A stretch of 64,000 nt of DNA, from contig CBDIID010000003.1 of the NCBI GenBank assembly GCA_965279515.1, positions 3,168,001 to 3,232,000 of the forward strand, read 5' to 3'. A model generated the notes under the pieces. It saw only the letters and a list, made by a program, of their open reading frames with translations, made no database searches and was not told the origin of the DNA. Source of the stretch: Turneriella sp. (GTDB lineage: Bacteria > Spirochaetota > Leptospiria > Turneriellales > Turneriellaceae). The translations under genes and the position numbers were made by a program. Positions 61,722-64,000 of the stretch are shown here, one piece after another (the first letter of the stretch is position 1; every line of letters starts with the position of its first letter).

Positions 61722-64000
61722 TCTTCACACCCACCTTCAGTTTTGACTCATCGACCATTTCATTCTCTTTCTGCGCCTCATCTTCGAGCGCTGCAAGAGC
61801 CTTCTTATATTCGCCTGGAATGATTTTTTTGAAGTTCTTCAGCTGATTTTTCCAGTCGCCCAGAATCTCTGTCGCCCGTTTCGAGCCCGTGTGCTCTTTG
61901 TGGCGCGTGATCATATGCAAAAGTTCATCCGCATCGCGCTCGACCGTGACATCTTCGATGTCGACGAGCTCCATGTTGACGAACTTCTGGTGCACCTTGT
62001 TCGGATCCCAGATGTAGGCGATGCCGCCCGACATGCCGGCCGCAAAGTTGCGTCCGATAGAACCGAGTACGACAACGCGGCCACCGGTCATGTATTCGAC
62101 GCCGTGGTCGCCTGTGCCTTCGATCACCGCATGCACGCCTGAGTTGCGTACACCAAAACGTTCGCCGGCACGGCCTTCAAAGTAGGCTTCGCCCGAGGTC
62201 GCACCATAAAGGCAGGTGTTGCCGATAATGATATTTTCCGCCGCAGGATAGAGCGTCTTTTCCGGTGTGCGGACGACGAGCTTACCGCCCGAGAGTCCCT
62301 TGCCGCAATAGTCGTTCGCCTGGCCCGAGAGCTTGAGCGTCACGCCTTTCGCGAGGAAACAACCGAAGCTCTGGCCTGCATTGCCTTTCATCTGGATCTG
62401 TATGGTATCGTGCGGCAAACCTTCTTCGCCATAACGTTTTGCGACCTCGCCCGAGAGCATTGCGCCGACAGTGCGGTCGACGTTAGTCACGGGCAGCTGG
62501 ATCGTCACCGGTTCTTGTTTATCGAGCGCAGGTTTAGCCATCTCGATGATACGGTTATCGATCTGTTTATCGATTTCGTGGTTCTGCGCCTTCGTGCGGT
62601 AGAGGTCGGTCTTATAGACCGGCGTCTGTGACACTAAGAGTTTGGAGAGGTCGAGGCCGCGTGCCTTCCAGTGGTCTTTCGGGCGCGTGGTGACGATCTT
62701 TTCTGTGCGGCCAACCATTTCGGAAAGTTTGCGGAAGCCGAGCTTCGCCATGTATTCGCGCACTTCTTCGGCGATATAGAACATGAAGTTCACTACATGC
62801 TCTGGCTTACCGTTGAATTTTTTGCGCAGCTCGGGGTCTTGCGTTGCGACGCCAACCGGGCAAGTATTGAGATGGCACTTGCGCATCATGATGCAACCCA
62901 GGGTTACAAGAGGGGCCGTTGCAAAACCAAACTCTTCGGCGCCGAGCAGGGCAGCGATGACGACGTCACGCCCTGTTTTCATCTGGCCATCCGCCTGAAC
63001 ATAGACGCGGTCTCGCAGGCCATTGACCATCAGTACCTGGTGCGTTTCGGCAAGGCCGAGTTCCCACGGCGTGCCGGCATACTGGATCGAGCTGATGGGC
63101 GATGCACCCGTGCCGCCGTCGTGGCCACTGATGAGAATGTGGTCTGCGTGCGCTTTTGCGACGCCCGCTGCGACCGTACCGACGCCACTTTCGGAAACCA
63201 GTTTCACGGAAATGCGCGCGCGCGGGTTGATGTTCTTCAGATCGAAGATCAGCTGTTTGAGATCTTCGATCGAATAGATGTCGTGGTGTGGCGGCGGCGA
63301 AATCAGTGTCACGCCTGGGGTGGAGTGACGGACTTTGCCGATGATCTTATCGACCTTAAAGCCGGGCAGCTGCCCACCTTCGCCGGGTTTCGCACCCTGC
63401 GCCATTTTAATCTGCAGTTCGTCGGCGTTGATGAGGTAACTCGCGGTGACGCCGAAACGTCCCGAAGCCACCTGTTTGATGGCTGAGCGTAAGCTGTCGC
63501 CGTTTGGCAACGTTACAAAACGTTCTGCGCCTTCGCCGCCCTCGCCGGTGTTAGATTTACCACCGATGCGGTTCATGGCAATCGCGAGGTTGGTATGCGC
63601 CTCCCACGAGATCGAGCCGAAGCTCATCGCGCCTGTGGCGAAACGTTTGACGATTTCTTTTGCCGGTTCGACTTCTTCGATCGGAATCGGCGTTGCTGCA
63701 TAATCAAAGTCGAGCAGCGAGCGCAACGTCACGCGGTGTTTTTCCTGGTTATTAATCGCGGCCGTATATTCCTTGAATGTCTTATAATCCGAGTTGCGCG
63801 TACTGATCTGCAGCTTGGCGACCGTCGTCGGGTTCCAGAGGTGGGCTTCGCCGTCGACACGGTAGTGGTAGAGACCGCCCGATGCCAGCATGCCTTCTTT
63901 CATGAGATCGAAAGCTGCTGTGTGGCGCTGGCGCGCCTCTTCTTCGAGCATCTCGAGGCTCATGCCTTCGACACGGCTCGGTGTGCCCGTGAAGTAGTGT
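61714..64000 (-). CDS. gltB: Glutamate synthase large subunit, 5' part beyond the window
   Basis: [41 protein letters not shown] and GXGXG domain. Confidence 0.97.
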   Translation of the reverse strand, partial: HYFTGTPSRVEGMSLEMLEEEARQRHTAAFDLMKEGMLASGGLYHYRVDGEAHLWNPTTVAKLQISTRNSDYKTFKEYTAAINNQEKHRVTLRSLLDFDYAATPIPIEEVEPAKEIVKRFATGAMSFGSISWEAHTNLAIAMNRIGGKSNTGEGGEGAERFVTLPNGDSLRSAIKQVASGRFGVTASYLINADELQIKMAQGAKPGEGGQLPGFKVDKIIGKVRHSTPGVTLISPPPHHDIYSIEDLKQLIFDLKNINPRARISVKLVSESGVGTVAAGVAKAHADHILISGHDGGTGASPISSIQYAGTPWELGLAETHQVLMVNGLRDRVYVQADGQMKTGRDVVIAALLGAEEFGFATAPLVTLGCIMMRKCHLNTCPVGVATQDPELRKKFNGKPEHVVNFMFYIAEEVREYMAKLGFRKLSEMVGRTEKIVTTRPKDHWKARGLDLSKLLVSQTPVYKTDLYRTKAQNHEIDKQIDNRIIEMAKPALDKQEPVTIQLPVTNVDRTVGAMLSGEVAKRYGEEGLPHDTIQIQMKGNAGQSFGCFLAKGVTLKLSGQANDYCGKGLSGGKLVVRTPEKTLYPAAENIIIGNTCLYGATSGEAYFEGRAGERFGVRNSGVHAVIEGTGDHGVEYMTGGRVVVLGSIGRNFAAGMSGGIAYIWDPNKVHQKFVNMELVDIEDVTVERDADELLHMITRHKEHTGSKRATEILGDWKNQLKNFKKIIPGEYKKALAALEDEAQKENEMVDESKLKVGVKNG

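Noticed and set aside
62671..63486. 271-aa ORF on the + strand
   Set aside because: Antisense shadow of gltB

Overview
A gene-dense, GC-balanced bacterial chromosomal segment, most likely from a Leptospiraceae spirochete (Turneriella-like). This is inferred from the FlaA sheath protein, an OmpL47-like protein and the flgN-flgK-flgL-fliW-csrA operon. Most of it is housekeeping: queA, speD, split mnmD/mnmC, hslO, nuoC-purC-purS-purQ-rsgA, ruvA, pdxA, dgt, gyrB, hslV and gltB/gltD. It also carries four PAS hybrid histidine kinases, a MoxR/VWA pair, a Phd-VapC toxin-antitoxin pair, cNMP-binding proteins and several envelope proteins. I saw no rRNA, tRNA, CRISPR array, transposase or integrase. 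The main unexplained structure is a GxxExxY (PD-(D/E)XK-type nuclease) gene bracketed almost to the base by 29-bp inverted repeats built of CGCA[A/G]AG units and wedged between flgL and fliW. A gene-less copy of the same repeats lies 11 kb away, which suggests an autonomous/non-autonomous mobile element pair. Other points: REP-like palindromes inserted in frame in queA and mnmD; pdxA and mnmD lack a canonical start codon; a lipoprotein is split at an A_AAA_AAC slippery site; leaderless promoters recur; and there are small ORFs missed or mis-started by the ORF track.
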